A stretch of DNA of 64,000 nucleotides, from assembly GCA_965644265.1 (NCBI GenBank), contig OZ286472.1, forward strand, positions 26,226,001 through 26,290,000. Reading direction: 5' to 3'. This DNA comes from Glycera tridactyla (lineage: Eukaryota). The position numbers and the translations under genes were made by a program. Position 1 is the first letter of the stretch; the number at the start of each line of letters is the position of its first letter. A model generated the notes under the pieces. That model did no database searches and was not told where the DNA came from. It saw only the letters and a program-made list of their open reading frames with translations. This document shows positions 49,321 through 60,340 of this stretch, piece after piece.

Positions 49321-52300
49321 ATCAGTTGATGTCATGAGCAAGGATTTGGATTCTTGTAATTGTTTCGGGCAGTATCAGTTGCCAGATGTACAGAAGAAAT
49401 AATACAAAGTTCATTATACATGTACTTGTAAAGTCAACCTGATCGTTTGACTGATGAGTCATCAAAATCATTATAGAAAATTGCTGGAAATCGATATAGC
49501 AAAGATGTGATTGGCCACTAAAGGAAAACCGCGAAGTTTGTAAATTGGTAATTCCAATCAGTATTTCAGTCAGATATGAAAAAGGAGACTGATTGAACCA
49601 CTGTACTAGGACACGCTGATGAAGGCAAGTTTGATTGTTATTTCAATAATGGTTTTATAGAGAATATGAAATGTGCACAGAAAATTCTGAATCCTTCCAA
49701 TTCATAATTTCAAAAATTATTGAAGGTGTCTTGCATCAGTGACACATTAAGGCTCTTTTATTGCATAGCATTGACATGACACTCATTAGTTTAGATTCAT
49801 TTAGAGAAACATGCCAATATAATGCACCTGGAATGGGCATGGTGGTGCTTCCAGTCTCTCAAACTCATGATAATGGTTTGTGTTTGTACAGTAGCCACTT
49901 TGTGATGTCAAGAACATATATGGGTTGTATATGTTTTTTAATAAAATATTACACATATAATGGTTGGTCTCATTGTTGTTATTGTAATCCTTCGATCCGA
50001 GAGCCAAAATGCTTGCTTGTAAAATATTCTTATAAAGACCCTGATAGATTCCCTGGTCTCAAGGAACTGTGTTGAAATCCTTACGTTTGTCCAATATTTT
50101 GTCTGGCTGGGAACTCAAGCAATCAAGTGACCTCAGAGGTAAGAAATAGCAAGTATAAAGACTAGGCCCTAGGAATTTCCCCAGTCCCTTTTGTTAAGGA
50201 CTGTGCTACTCTTACTGATTATCAAAACGTTGTCTAGGGTAGACAACAAAAAAGCGTGATTGTGAAAAATCTTTCCTCAGGCAATCAACTGTGAATCAAG
50301 ATTCATAATGTGAAGAGCATGTTTTGTTCAGAGACAGGCATTGAAACACAGAACAAATAAGTAACAGATATTGATTTAGATTCATTTATTGTAGGAATAA
50401 CTCTCCTCCTCGCTCCATCACCCTTCTCTTCTTGATATCAAGTACGAAAATAGAAAGCACAAGCTAAGCGGATCTCCAAGTACTTCAAAGTAGAAGTATT
50501 AGCATAATCATTCACATTCAATGTCACAGATATTCAACTTACACCCAAATATCTGCAGTCAACACACTTTCTGCTCCATGCTCACCCAGTCGGATCCAAG
50601 GAAGAAGTGCACATGGTTAGTGTGTGTAAGGGACAGGAAGTATGAATGATGGATGAAGATGAATTGGAAGATCAAAAGATCTCAACTTATCTACCCAAGT
50701 TCAACCCAACCCAAGTGTGTAGATCCTCTGAAATTATCGGTTCCGAAACGATACGCTATAAAGACAGAGAAAACATTTCGAGTCTATGATAACACAGAAC
50801 CGAACACGTCATCTCATCTCAGCGAATACCGAATCTGAACAATTTCCAAGACTACACGAGCGGACGGTGCGATTTAAAGATGATATTCTACAATAACTTC
50901 GTGGACCAAGTTCAGCTTCGAAACATTCAAGTTCTAACTCTGGGATCAAGAAAGAACTTAAGTCGAAGTGATGCTGGTCATTATAAAGCGATAATCTTCA
51001 TAGCGATGAGCCAGAGAGTGAATGAAAGAAACACCGGGAGGCGTTCAATGTCATCTGCGAATGCACCTACAAGTCACGCTCTGATGGAAAGAAGCAAAGC
51101 GCTGTAGCACACACAACACACATATCGCTGATTCGCTCAAGCATACGGCAGGCCGCTAAAGCTGGAAAGAGTTCATCAGGTATTCGAACACTTTAAAGAA
51201 GAATTTGGAAGTCTATGAAGACGAATGACGTTTCAAGACTAAAGAATTCAATTCTAAATTGAAATTCAACACCAAAGAAGTGTTCAAAGAATAGTGTTCA
51301 CAGTGTAAGACGCTGCAATATGACTAAAGAGTTCAAACTGTAAGAAATGTGCCCAAGAGAAGCTTGGAGACTATCAACCAGGACAAGGGTATTCATACTC
51401 TGTCAGGGACAGTGTCACTCAAATGGGTTCACTACAGTGAACAAAGTCAACCGGTTTTCACCACTGGATTGTTCATCGGTGAATCTTAAGATGTGGCAAG
51501 GTGAAACACATTACCAGTTACCATGCAGTGCTGGTCGACTGCAATGCACCACGCTGCATACCGATTCAGAAGATGTCGTAACGTCACGAGATGTCGTCAC
51601 AAGATGTCGTAGACAACACACTCTCACAACGTCAAGTATCGCTCGAGCTGAACGAAGGTCATCGGAGTTCAGTCCATACCAACTATACTCAACATTACAG
51701 CAAAGTCGGCTGATGACGAACGCTCTACTCTACAGACGACTTCGGATTGCACGAAGGAAGTCACCGAATGATGTCATCGAAGATGTCACCGAAGGCAAGA
51801 TACCTCGCAGCAAATCAGGAAAGAAATTCGAAGATCCTTCCGAAGGAAGATCCGGAGAATCCCGATCCGAAGAGATCGAAAATCCTTCCGAAGGAAGATC
51901 GCCCCGAAGGCCACTCCACGACTTCTAGCACTGGAAACGTTCGGCTGACGACCAGTAAGCCATGGCATGCATGCTGCCGCTACAGGAAAAGAAGAAACCC
52001 AAATTCCCTCAGCATCCAAGTGTGGTATGAAAACTAAATCAAAGTTTATGTTATATCGTTTTAGTTTGCAATTTTTTTGGTATTTTATATTGTTCCTGAT
52101 TCATTCGAAGAGACTATAGTTAAGAGAATTGAACATTCCATGTTAAGGCAATGCTCCATGTATCCACTAACTAAATGGCAGACATTGGGTTCTATGTTGT
52201 TCATACTAACTCCAACAATCAGTTAAGACTAACCAGAGTTGAGATAGTTAAGCTCAAAAAATATTTGTTGAGCCGAGACTACTTTTAATCAAGTGATCAC

Positions 52301-52979
52301 CTGCAATACTAATGCCATCAACAATCATTCTAACAAGAAAGCACGTAGCTGATTTGCATGAACTTTGTTTTGATTCAAGTTAGCATTAGTAGAGCAATAG
52401 CCCGAATCAGGATCCGAAAACAGACAATGTTCAACTATGCATCCAGTTGGCATGACTGTGGACTGATTCTGCTATTTTTATTTGTTGAAATTATTCTAAG
52501 TGATTTCACAAAGAAATTGCTTGCAAAATCAAGAAATTTCAATTTCTCAATTAATTGAGTGCCATTTCAAAGAGAACTACTCACTATCAATTGCAAGAAT
52601 TAAATAAATTCCATTGAGAAATAGCAAGTGTCATGATGTTCTAAGAGGGCTATCAATTGTAAACAAGTCAAAACTCTCACCTGGCCATACATGGAGGTCC
52701 ACTGAAGACCACCCACAATGGCAAGCAACACAGTGAATTCCGAATGGAATTCTACAAGTTCACTACCTATGCCTGTGTAGCAAGAATTTCCTATCTGTTC
52801 TTGTTATTCCATAGCCAAGTACTTCTTGACACAAGAAAAGAAGACAAAGAGGCTATTTGACTGAAATTGACAAGCTAAATTGGCTAAGATGACTAAAAAG
52901 CACTTCGAGAGCTACAAAGTGTCTTCACGAAATGGAATGGGTGTAATATGTGACTTGGAATTGTTGTAGATATACTGTG

Positions 52980-54180
52980 AGGGTTCCTGAAGGTCAAAAG
53001 TCGAAAATTGAGCGAATCTAATTGAAAGTCAGAAATTTCAAGATGGCCGCCAAATATAAACTGGCCGCTGCAGACCAACTCCAATGAGATACAAAGCTGG
53101 TATTCTCACACACACTATTTGAATCACCAGGCTTCCATTTGGGATGATTTTCGAATCGATATGACCTAAACTCAGAGATTTCAAGATGGCGTCCAAAATG
53201 GCCGACCAAAATCTCAAAATCGTTCTCCTGAGCTTAATATTGAAGCTAGTGGGTTGAGAAACTCACCACAGCTAGATATGAATATCTGTGACTATTTGAG
53301 CACATGAAATCAGAGATATCTAGAAAATTGACGAATTTGACTTTTCCCGGAAAATATATTGAACGCTGGTGGACAGAGTCAAAAGCTAGCGAAATCCGTC
53401 ACACCTCGAGTTTTCAAGGTAGAGACTTCATATTTCACATCATCACACATGACAATTGGGCCAACAACTTTTATCGCATGAATTATAGATACAGTGAATT
53501 TATCTACAAACGGCGGATGGTTCAAAAAGGTTACATTTTGGTTGGAAATTGGTTGGGGGGCGAAATATTTCACAAACATGAAATCTGAAGCGCCAAATCA
53601 ACTGGGGATTTCACAAATACTGCAACATTGGTTTTGAACATGACTGATAAGTGAAATCTGAGATTGGTTCAACCAATATTGGTCATACGTGATTGGTTTA
53701 GGTTGGTTGATCTCAAACCTGGACAGATGTATCAGACAAAGCCAGAATTGCCAGAATTCGGTCTAAGCACCTTAGAAATCAACCGTAAGTGTGAAAAATC
53801 ATGGAAAATCACGAATGGTCACAAATTCGAGGTTGGTCTCTCCACAAGGGTCTAAGTTCGAAAAGTAGGTCACGAGCTTTGGGAACATTTTAGGGCACAG
53901 TATATGAACAACCGTGTATGGAGTGTTCTATAAACGTGTTCTACGCGGGTTCTAGAGTGATTCTAGGTGGTCTTGATCCCACGAACCAAACATAAACAAG
54001 CCTATGTTCACTTTCTTGTCCGGAGAATTCTCGGAACAACATTTCATAGAGATGCGATATATCTACATAGATAATGGTCTCTAAACACTCAAAACAGGTC
54101 GTATCCCTCTCAAATAGATATTGTGTGTATTCCTCCGCGCTCGGCATGGGGGGAAGGGATTGAGTACTCTTGTGTTTGGT
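52980..54180. repeat. Unclassified repeat-like segment with recurring ATTTCAAGATGGC motif
   Basis: TCAAGATGGC at 53038 and 53181 (143 bp apart); termini not identified. Confidence 0.35.
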
Positions 54181-54375
54181 CGCCAATTCTTCAGTTTACG
54201 TACATTTGAAGTTGTGGAAAGTACATCTTTCGACTAATGAGCACTCATAGATTACGAATACTGAACGGTCTGGACTGATAAGCTAGTGGTTCGTATGCTT
54301 TATTGACGATTCTTCTGACGTGTGTGTTTCGATTGTCCGAGGATTCAAAATGGCGGGCCTGCGGCCTTAGCAACG

Positions 54376-56025
54376 ATGTCGACCGAAGCAGATTCTTCAG
54401 CTGACTCGATTTGCATTGACTCCGATAGTGAATCTGCCACGCTTATTGAAGAAGAAGGTTGTGACACATCCCCTATAATTACGAAAGGGTCCAAAAGAAA
54501 ATTATCTCCTGTTGCCTTGAAGGCAATTCCGTTGAGTAGACGCCGAAAGACGGATTTCTGTGACACTGATCTTGGCACGCCTATTGCTTTACGTGGCCCA
54601 GATTTCCTACAAACTCAAAGCACTCCGTCTAGTCAAGATACTTTGCAACCATCCTTCTCGAGTTTCGCTGAATCAATTTGTGAGAAATTGAACTTTTCTA
54701 CAGTGACTGGAGACGAATCTATCCTGGTTACCGCGACGAATGCTTCTCCGGCAGAAACAGCTGATCTGAGCCAAGTGGACACGCCCTCTTCCATCTTGAC
54801 AACAAATACAACTGGTGATACTCACGTGGTGGGGTTGAAATCATCTTTCAGTGAGGTTTTTGCTGACATTTTGGAACCCAAAAACCCCAGTGACTGGTTT
54901 GACTTGGTGGAGCTTGACTCAACAACAAAGAGTGATAAAATGGGTACAGTGAGGATTGTTCCTGATCAGTTTAAGGAGCTCTTCAATGAATGTATCTCTT
55001 CTGTTAACTCTAGAAACTTTATCACAGATGTGGTGAGGGGGGAGTTGAAAACAATTGATGAAAGAGTAAATGTCTTAGCTGCTGAAGTCCAAAATCACAG
55101 ATCCCAACTTGTCTCGGTAGATGACTTACGAGAAGAACATTCTGAGTGTACTAATCACCATCATCAAATTAAACTCCTTGGGGATAGCATTGGTAAATTA
55201 ACCCAGGATGTTGCTGATCTCATGGACATGAAGAGCATGAAAAATGAACTGAACAGCCTTTCCACCAGTGTTGAAAAGTGTTTGAATGAAAATAGTGCTC
55301 TTTCGGTCAACTTAAAGACACTTGATGACAAGTTATGTAAGATTGACACTTGTATGATTGATGCACATGATGGGGAGCGTGGTGCTGGTCTTCTGAAAAT
55401 GCAGGAAAAACTTGTGAAACTTGAGGGTGACATGCAAAAGGTTAAACCAGAACTCTCAGTGTCCCCAGATTTTAGCAAGGTTGAGGAGAGGATTACAATG
55501 ATGGAAAATAACTCCAATATGAAATTCCTGCTATTTGATGGTATTCCGGAACAGCAAAATGAGCAAATCCCTGAACATTTGGTTGAACATATGAGGGGTA
55601 AACTGGACCCTGGCTTTAATTTAGCTGATCTTGAAAATGCCAGGAGAATTGGCCCCAGGTCTGATACTAAGCCTCGACCTATACTTGCAGAATTTGTTTA
55701 TGCCTATAAGAGGAAAAGAGTATATCAAACACGCATGCAGCTAGCCAGAGTCAAAGACAATGTATTTATCAGTGAATATCTAACAAAGCATGCTAGCCAT
55801 ATGTTTTACTTGTGCAGACAGCAATTCAAACAAAAGAGGATTGGAAAGTGCTGGACCACTGATGGAAATGTCTATTTCTCGGTCTCTAAAACTTCCAAGG
55901 GAATTTGTGTAAAAAGACCAGCTGATTTATTTGATATAATTGGACAAGTATCAAATATTCCTCCTCAGACTGATGGACAAATTGCATCAACTTCAAAGCA
56001 ATCTAATGGAGCCATGGAAACATAA
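54376..56025 (+). CDS. LINE ORF1 protein (S/T-rich N-terminus, long coiled coil, RRM-like and C-terminal domain)
   Basis: Track ORF 54322-56025, first ATG in frame at 54376; heptad-rich middle then LLFDGIPEQ..RRIG..RPILAEF..VFISEYLT..CWTTDGNVYF, typical of L1-type ORF1 found in invertebrate L2/Crack elements. Confidence 0.85.
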   Translation: MSTEADSSADSICIDSDSESATLIEEEGCDTSPIITKGSKRKLSPVALKAIPLSRRRKTDFCDTDLGTPIALRGPDFLQTQSTPSSQDTLQPSFSSFAESICEKLNFSTVTGDESILVTATNASPAETADLSQVDTPSSILTTNTTGDTHVVGLKSSFSEVFADILEPKNPSDWFDLVELDSTTKSDKMGTVRIVPDQFKELFNECISSVNSRNFITDVVRGELKTIDERVNVLAAEVQNHRSQLVSVDDLREEHSECTNHHHQIKLLGDSIGKLTQDVADLMDMKSMKNELNSLSTSVEKCLNENSALSVNLKTLDDKLCKIDTCMIDAHDGERGAGLLKMQEKLVKLEGDMQKVKPELSVSPDFSKVEERITMMENNSNMKFLLFDGIPEQQNEQIPEHLVEHMRGKLDPGFNLADLENARRIGPRSDTKPRPILAEFVYAYKRKRVYQTRMQLARVKDNVFISEYLTKHASHMFYLCRQQFKQKRIGKCWTTDGNVYFSVSKTSKGICVKRPADLFDIIGQVSNIPPQTDGQIASTSKQSNGAMET

Positions 56026-57466
56026 TTCACTCCTTTTGCTTCACTGAACCCCTCTTTATGAATTGTTGTCTGACCTAAACTGTCTTTATCTCCACTCTGT
56101 GGTGGCTATTTCACCTGACATGTCATGATAATATTTGCCTGCATCTTGTATGATTTGCTCATGCTAACCAACTCAATCTGTATGATTGAAACCAGACTAT
56201 GACAATCTCATCTCATAATGGATTGACCAGTGCAAATTCCAACACGTCAGATTCCCCACCACCCATCTCTCGAAGTTTGTCAACATTAAAAGTAGTCCCT
56301 CCCTTAGCAACCCGCTCGTGACTTGTGACGTTAGGGTTTCCGTAGACATTCTTTATTCGTTTAATCTATCTACCTATCAAAGATGATGGTCTTCCAGAAG
56401 ATGTTTATGCTGAAACTGATTACCTAGCAAACCATATCTTGTCTATAAAGCAATTTCCGTTAGCGAACTACTTGGAAATAGTTTTGATTCAATTGTTCCC
56501 GGAGGGGTGAGTCGTATTGAGAGGCTGCGGCATTAGACTAGGGCAAACCGAAGAGGCCGTCTTGATCGCTGATTGGCCACATGCCTTGAACTGACCAATG
56601 AGAAGCCGTCTCTCTCACGATCTCGGCCTGGCCCGCAATATGGCGTGACTTGAGCAATTTCTCTACAACCTTCATTCGTATTTTGCTGAATTTATAAGCC
56701 AATACTGCCTCTTGACATAACGAATAATTTTCTTTTGAAAGAGAAGTCTCTATTTGTTCCTACAAACGTGTTGGACTAGCTTTTGAGTAAAATTTGCGTC
56801 CATGAAATGACGCTGTCTGTTATGGATCTGAGACGGATATATCGCGATCACCGAAATGGTCTGTGTTTTCCCTTCTCCTCATGCCGACTCCTTTGCCTGT
56901 ATATACTGACCTTTGGCCACCACACATCGGTGAATACAACCTGTGTCATTTACTTAGATGATATAGGCCACTGGGCGATATGGGGTAGATATAGTTTGGC
57001 GACGTCTCTCCTCCATAGCGCCCAGGGCTTACAGTTTCATGTGTTACATTCGCTTGGAATACCCTTTTTGCATTCGAAACTAGTTTCTGCAACGTTTAAG
57101 CAAGCTTAACAACCACTTGGTCTTGGTATTACTTGTATAACTTCAGCTGGTAATTCATCAGCTGACAGAGTTTTTATTTGTTAACCAAATATCTTAGAAA
57201 TTATTATGTATTGACCATGATACTACACCTATCTAGTACCAAATTCTTTATCAATCCTATCTCTTTTCTCCCATGCAGTTGTCAATGGAATACCCCATTA
57301 CAAACATGGTAAGAATCTTCTCCTGTTCATTATTTCTAGGGGTTCGGATGGGGCTTAGAAACCCCACTCTGATTCATATATCATATGACCATTTAGATAT
57401 GATGAAATTTGGGTCAAGGAAATTATCACTGTACCCAACATTAGTCTATCCAGAGATAATGTATCT

Positions 57467-60340
57467 ATGTACAGCTTGAGTGACCTCTCCGTGATGAAAG
57501 GTCTTGTATTTGCCCATCTTAACATCCATTATATATTGCCTAAACTTGATGAAATAAAAAGAATTCTCCATCATGGAGATATAGACTTGCTAGCAATTTC
57601 TGAAACTTTCCTCAACAGTGATATTGAAGATTCTGAGCTGTATATTGAAAACTACTGTCTAATACGCTTAGACAGGCAGGAACTGACTCGCAAATCTAAA
57701 GGTGGAGGCCTGGTGATATACATCAGAGACAATATCTCGTTCAAATATGAAGAAACCCTTTGTATCAGCAAAGGGTGCCTTGAACTCTTGTGTGTGAGGA
57801 TTACTCTTCCCAACACCAGACCTATTTTTTGTAATGCTATCTATAGGCCACCTGATGGTAAAATACAGGATTTCCTCTCAGATATAGCCAGAACTCTTGA
57901 CATGTTAACATCCATTGGTTTTGTTGAAACAATCTGCCTTGGTGATCTGAATCTTGATTTCCTCAAACCAAATACAAGGACAATGAGGCAATTCAGGAAT
58001 CTTGCTTATACCTATGACCTATCACATCTGATCTCTGAACCAACAAGAATCTCTGATTCTACCAGTACCTGTATTGACCAAATTCTGACAAATAGACTGG
58101 AATTGGTGAAAACAGCAGGAATCATTGAGATGGGAATTAGTGACCATTACCTCATTTTCCTTCAGAGAAAACACTCCAAAAAGAAACACTCGTCCAAATT
58201 CATTAGAGCAAGGAAAATGAGGGGTTTCTCTGAAGAAAAGTTTTTGAATGACATAGAATCTATTGATTGGACAAATTTGTATGACCATACTGATCCAAAT
58301 GATATTTGGAATGATTTTGTTCACGAATTTCGCAAAGCCTGTGATATTCATGCCCCTTATACTGACATGAAGGTTCAAGGGTCTCTACCAGAATGGATGA
58401 ACCATGACTTTGTCTCACTATGCGATGCTAGAGACTCTGCCAAACGAATTGGAGATAGAACCAGATGCCCAGTGGCCAAGGAGAACTATAGAATTCTGAG
58501 AAATCAGGTGGTGAGCCTTGGGAGAAATCTCAAAAGAAATTTCCTAACTAACTCTATTGAGGAGAGCAAGTATAACAGTAAGAAACTTTGGAAAATTCTT
58601 AGAAGCCTTGTCCCCTCAAATAAAGTTTCTGAATCAGCTGAAGTAGAAATTAATGGGAAAACTGATAAATTGGGAATCTCGGAAGACTTTAATAATTTCT
58701 TTTGTAATGTAGGAGCTGAATTATCAAAATCTCTCCCAAATCTGGGTAACATTGATCTGGAGGACATTACTAGCCCAGGTCAAATATTTAGCTTTACTAG
58801 AGTTTCTGAATCTGATACGCGCAAGCTCTTATCTAGAATTAGTGCATCCAAGGCCACTGGGCTTGATGGGATTAACCCCAGATTTTTAAAATTGGCATGT
58901 GACAAGACTTGTGGTCCAATAAGCCATTTGCTGAATTCTTCTATAACATCTGGAATTGTACCATCTGATTGGAAGATTGCACGAGTTACCCCCTTATATA
59001 AAGGTGGGGACAGACAATCCCTTGGGAACTATAGACCAATTTCAGTTTTGCCAGTCCTAGGCAAAATACTCGAAAGAATAATTCATGATCAGCTTTACAA
59101 TTTCTTTAATAGCTTTAACATTCTGGATCCAAATCAACATGGCTTCAGACCTGGACACTCCATGGTGGGATGCACAGCTGAATTAGTTGATCATCTTTAT
59201 CTAAATTTGGATAATAATATGGTCACTGGCCTTGTGTTTTTAGACTTAAAGAAGGCATTTGACACTGTCGACCACCATCTAACGTCGCTAAAATTAAGAA
59301 AATATGGGGTGGTCGGCAGTGCAAATTCTTGGCTTAGAAACTATCTGTCAAACCGCACTCAACGCACCGTATACCGTGGGGTATCTTCTGAAGTCATGAG
59401 CATTTCATGTGGTGTTCCCCAGGGGTCCATCCTTGGTCCCCTTCTTTTCATCATATATATCAATGATCTCCCCACAGTCGTCCGCAATTCTCAAGTGCTT
59501 TTATACGCTGATGACACTGTTATTTTCTACACCGGAGCTAGTGCTTATGAGGTCGAGAACTCTCTCCAGGAGGACCTAAATTCTATTGAATCCTGGCTGA
59601 AAAATAACAAGCTCTTTTTAAACGTTCAGAAAACAAAATCAATGTTAATCAGGAACCATTATTTCAAAGGACATACTGATCTACAGCTATCAATGTCAAG
59701 CGAACCGATTGAACAGGTCGACACCTTTAAATATTTGGGTGTTATAGTAGACCATAAGTTAAGATTTGATGCACATATTGATCACGTTTGCAAGAAAAGC
59801 AGAAGAAAGATTGGTCTCTTGGGCAGGGTTCGAAACTATATGACCTTAAACACTAGTCTCTTATCATACAAGTCATTGATCTCTCCCTTGTTTGATTATT
59901 GTGACATAATATATTCGCAGTCGACTCAGGAGAGTCTTTTACGCCTTCAGAGACTTCAGAATCGATGTTGTAGGATCATTCTTAAAAAACCATTCAGAAC
60001 TCCTACTATAGATATGCATGTTGAGCTAGGCTTGAATATGTTATCAGATCGCAGGGAACTTCATATGCAGGTATTCATGTATAAACTAGTAACTCTGAAG
60101 ATTGATTCCCATTACTTCGCTGCACGATTGCTTAGCCTTGATTTCCAGCATGAAAGAGAGACTAGATCTCGAATGCATGGAAACCTCATTGTTCCTAGAA
60201 CTAGAACAAACCAAGGAGAGAAGGCACTATCAGTATGTGGAACAAAAATGTGGAACTCACTAGATATAGAATCAAGAAAACTGCCTTCTGTGGGATCATT
60301 CAAGAAAGCATGTGTATCTAAAATATGTACTAAAAATTAA
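57467..60340 (+). CDS. LINE ORF2: apurinic-like endonuclease + reverse transcriptase (957 aa)
   Basis: APE motifs HLNI, AISET, YRPP, GDLN, IDQI, SDH; RT motifs KATGLDG, NYRPIS, QHGFR, DLKKAFD, GVPQGSILGP, YADD, KYLG. Confidence 0.98.
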   Translation: MYSLSDLSVMKGLVFAHLNIHYILPKLDEIKRILHHGDIDLLAISETFLNSDIEDSELYIENYCLIRLDRQELTRKSKGGGLVIYIRDNISFKYEETLCISKGCLELLCVRITLPNTRPIFCNAIYRPPDGKIQDFLSDIARTLDMLTSIGFVETICLGDLNLDFLKPNTRTMRQFRNLAYTYDLSHLISEPTRISDSTSTCIDQILTNRLELVKTAGIIEMGISDHYLIFLQRKHSKKKHSSKFIRARKMRGFSEEKFLNDIESIDWTNLYDHTDPNDIWNDFVHEFRKACDIHAPYTDMKVQGSLPEWMNHDFVSLCDARDSAKRIGDRTRCPVAKENYRILRNQVVSLGRNLKRNFLTNSIEESKYNSKKLWKILRSLVPSNKVSESAEVEINGKTDKLGISEDFNNFFCNVGAELSKSLPNLGNIDLEDITSPGQIFSFTRVSESDTRKLLSRISASKATGLDGINPRFLKLACDKTCGPISHLLNSSITSGIVPSDWKIARVTPLYKGGDRQSLGNYRPISVLPVLGKILERIIHDQLYNFFNSFNILDPNQHGFRPGHSMVGCTAELVDHLYLNLDNNMVTGLVFLDLKKAFDTVDHHLTSLKLRKYGVVGSANSWLRNYLSNRTQRTVYRGVSSEVMSISCGVPQGSILGPLLFIIYINDLPTVVRNSQVLLYADDTVIFYTGASAYEVENSLQEDLNSIESWLKNNKLFLNVQKTKSMLIRNHYFKGHTDLQLSMSSEPIEQVDTFKYLGVIVDHKLRFDAHIDHVCKKSRRKIGLLGRVRNYMTLNTSLLSYKSLISPLFDYCDIIYSQSTQESLLRLQRLQNRCCRIILKKPFRTPTIDMHVELGLNMLSDRRELHMQVFMYKLVTLKIDSHYFAARLLSLDFQHERETRSRMHGNLIVPRTRTNQGEKALSVCGTKMWNSLDIESRKLPSVGSFKKACVSKICTKN

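Noticed and set aside
50300-52900. LTR retrotransposon
   Set aside because: No paired LTRs, PBS, PPT or gag/pol motifs found by eye
56783-57109. 108-aa ORF in the LINE spacer as a third gene
   Set aside because: Non-ATG start in the track, no recognisable domain, length compatible with chance
54345-60303. Antisense ORFs within LINE ORF1/ORF2
   Set aside because: Shadow frames of long sense ORFs with no independent signal
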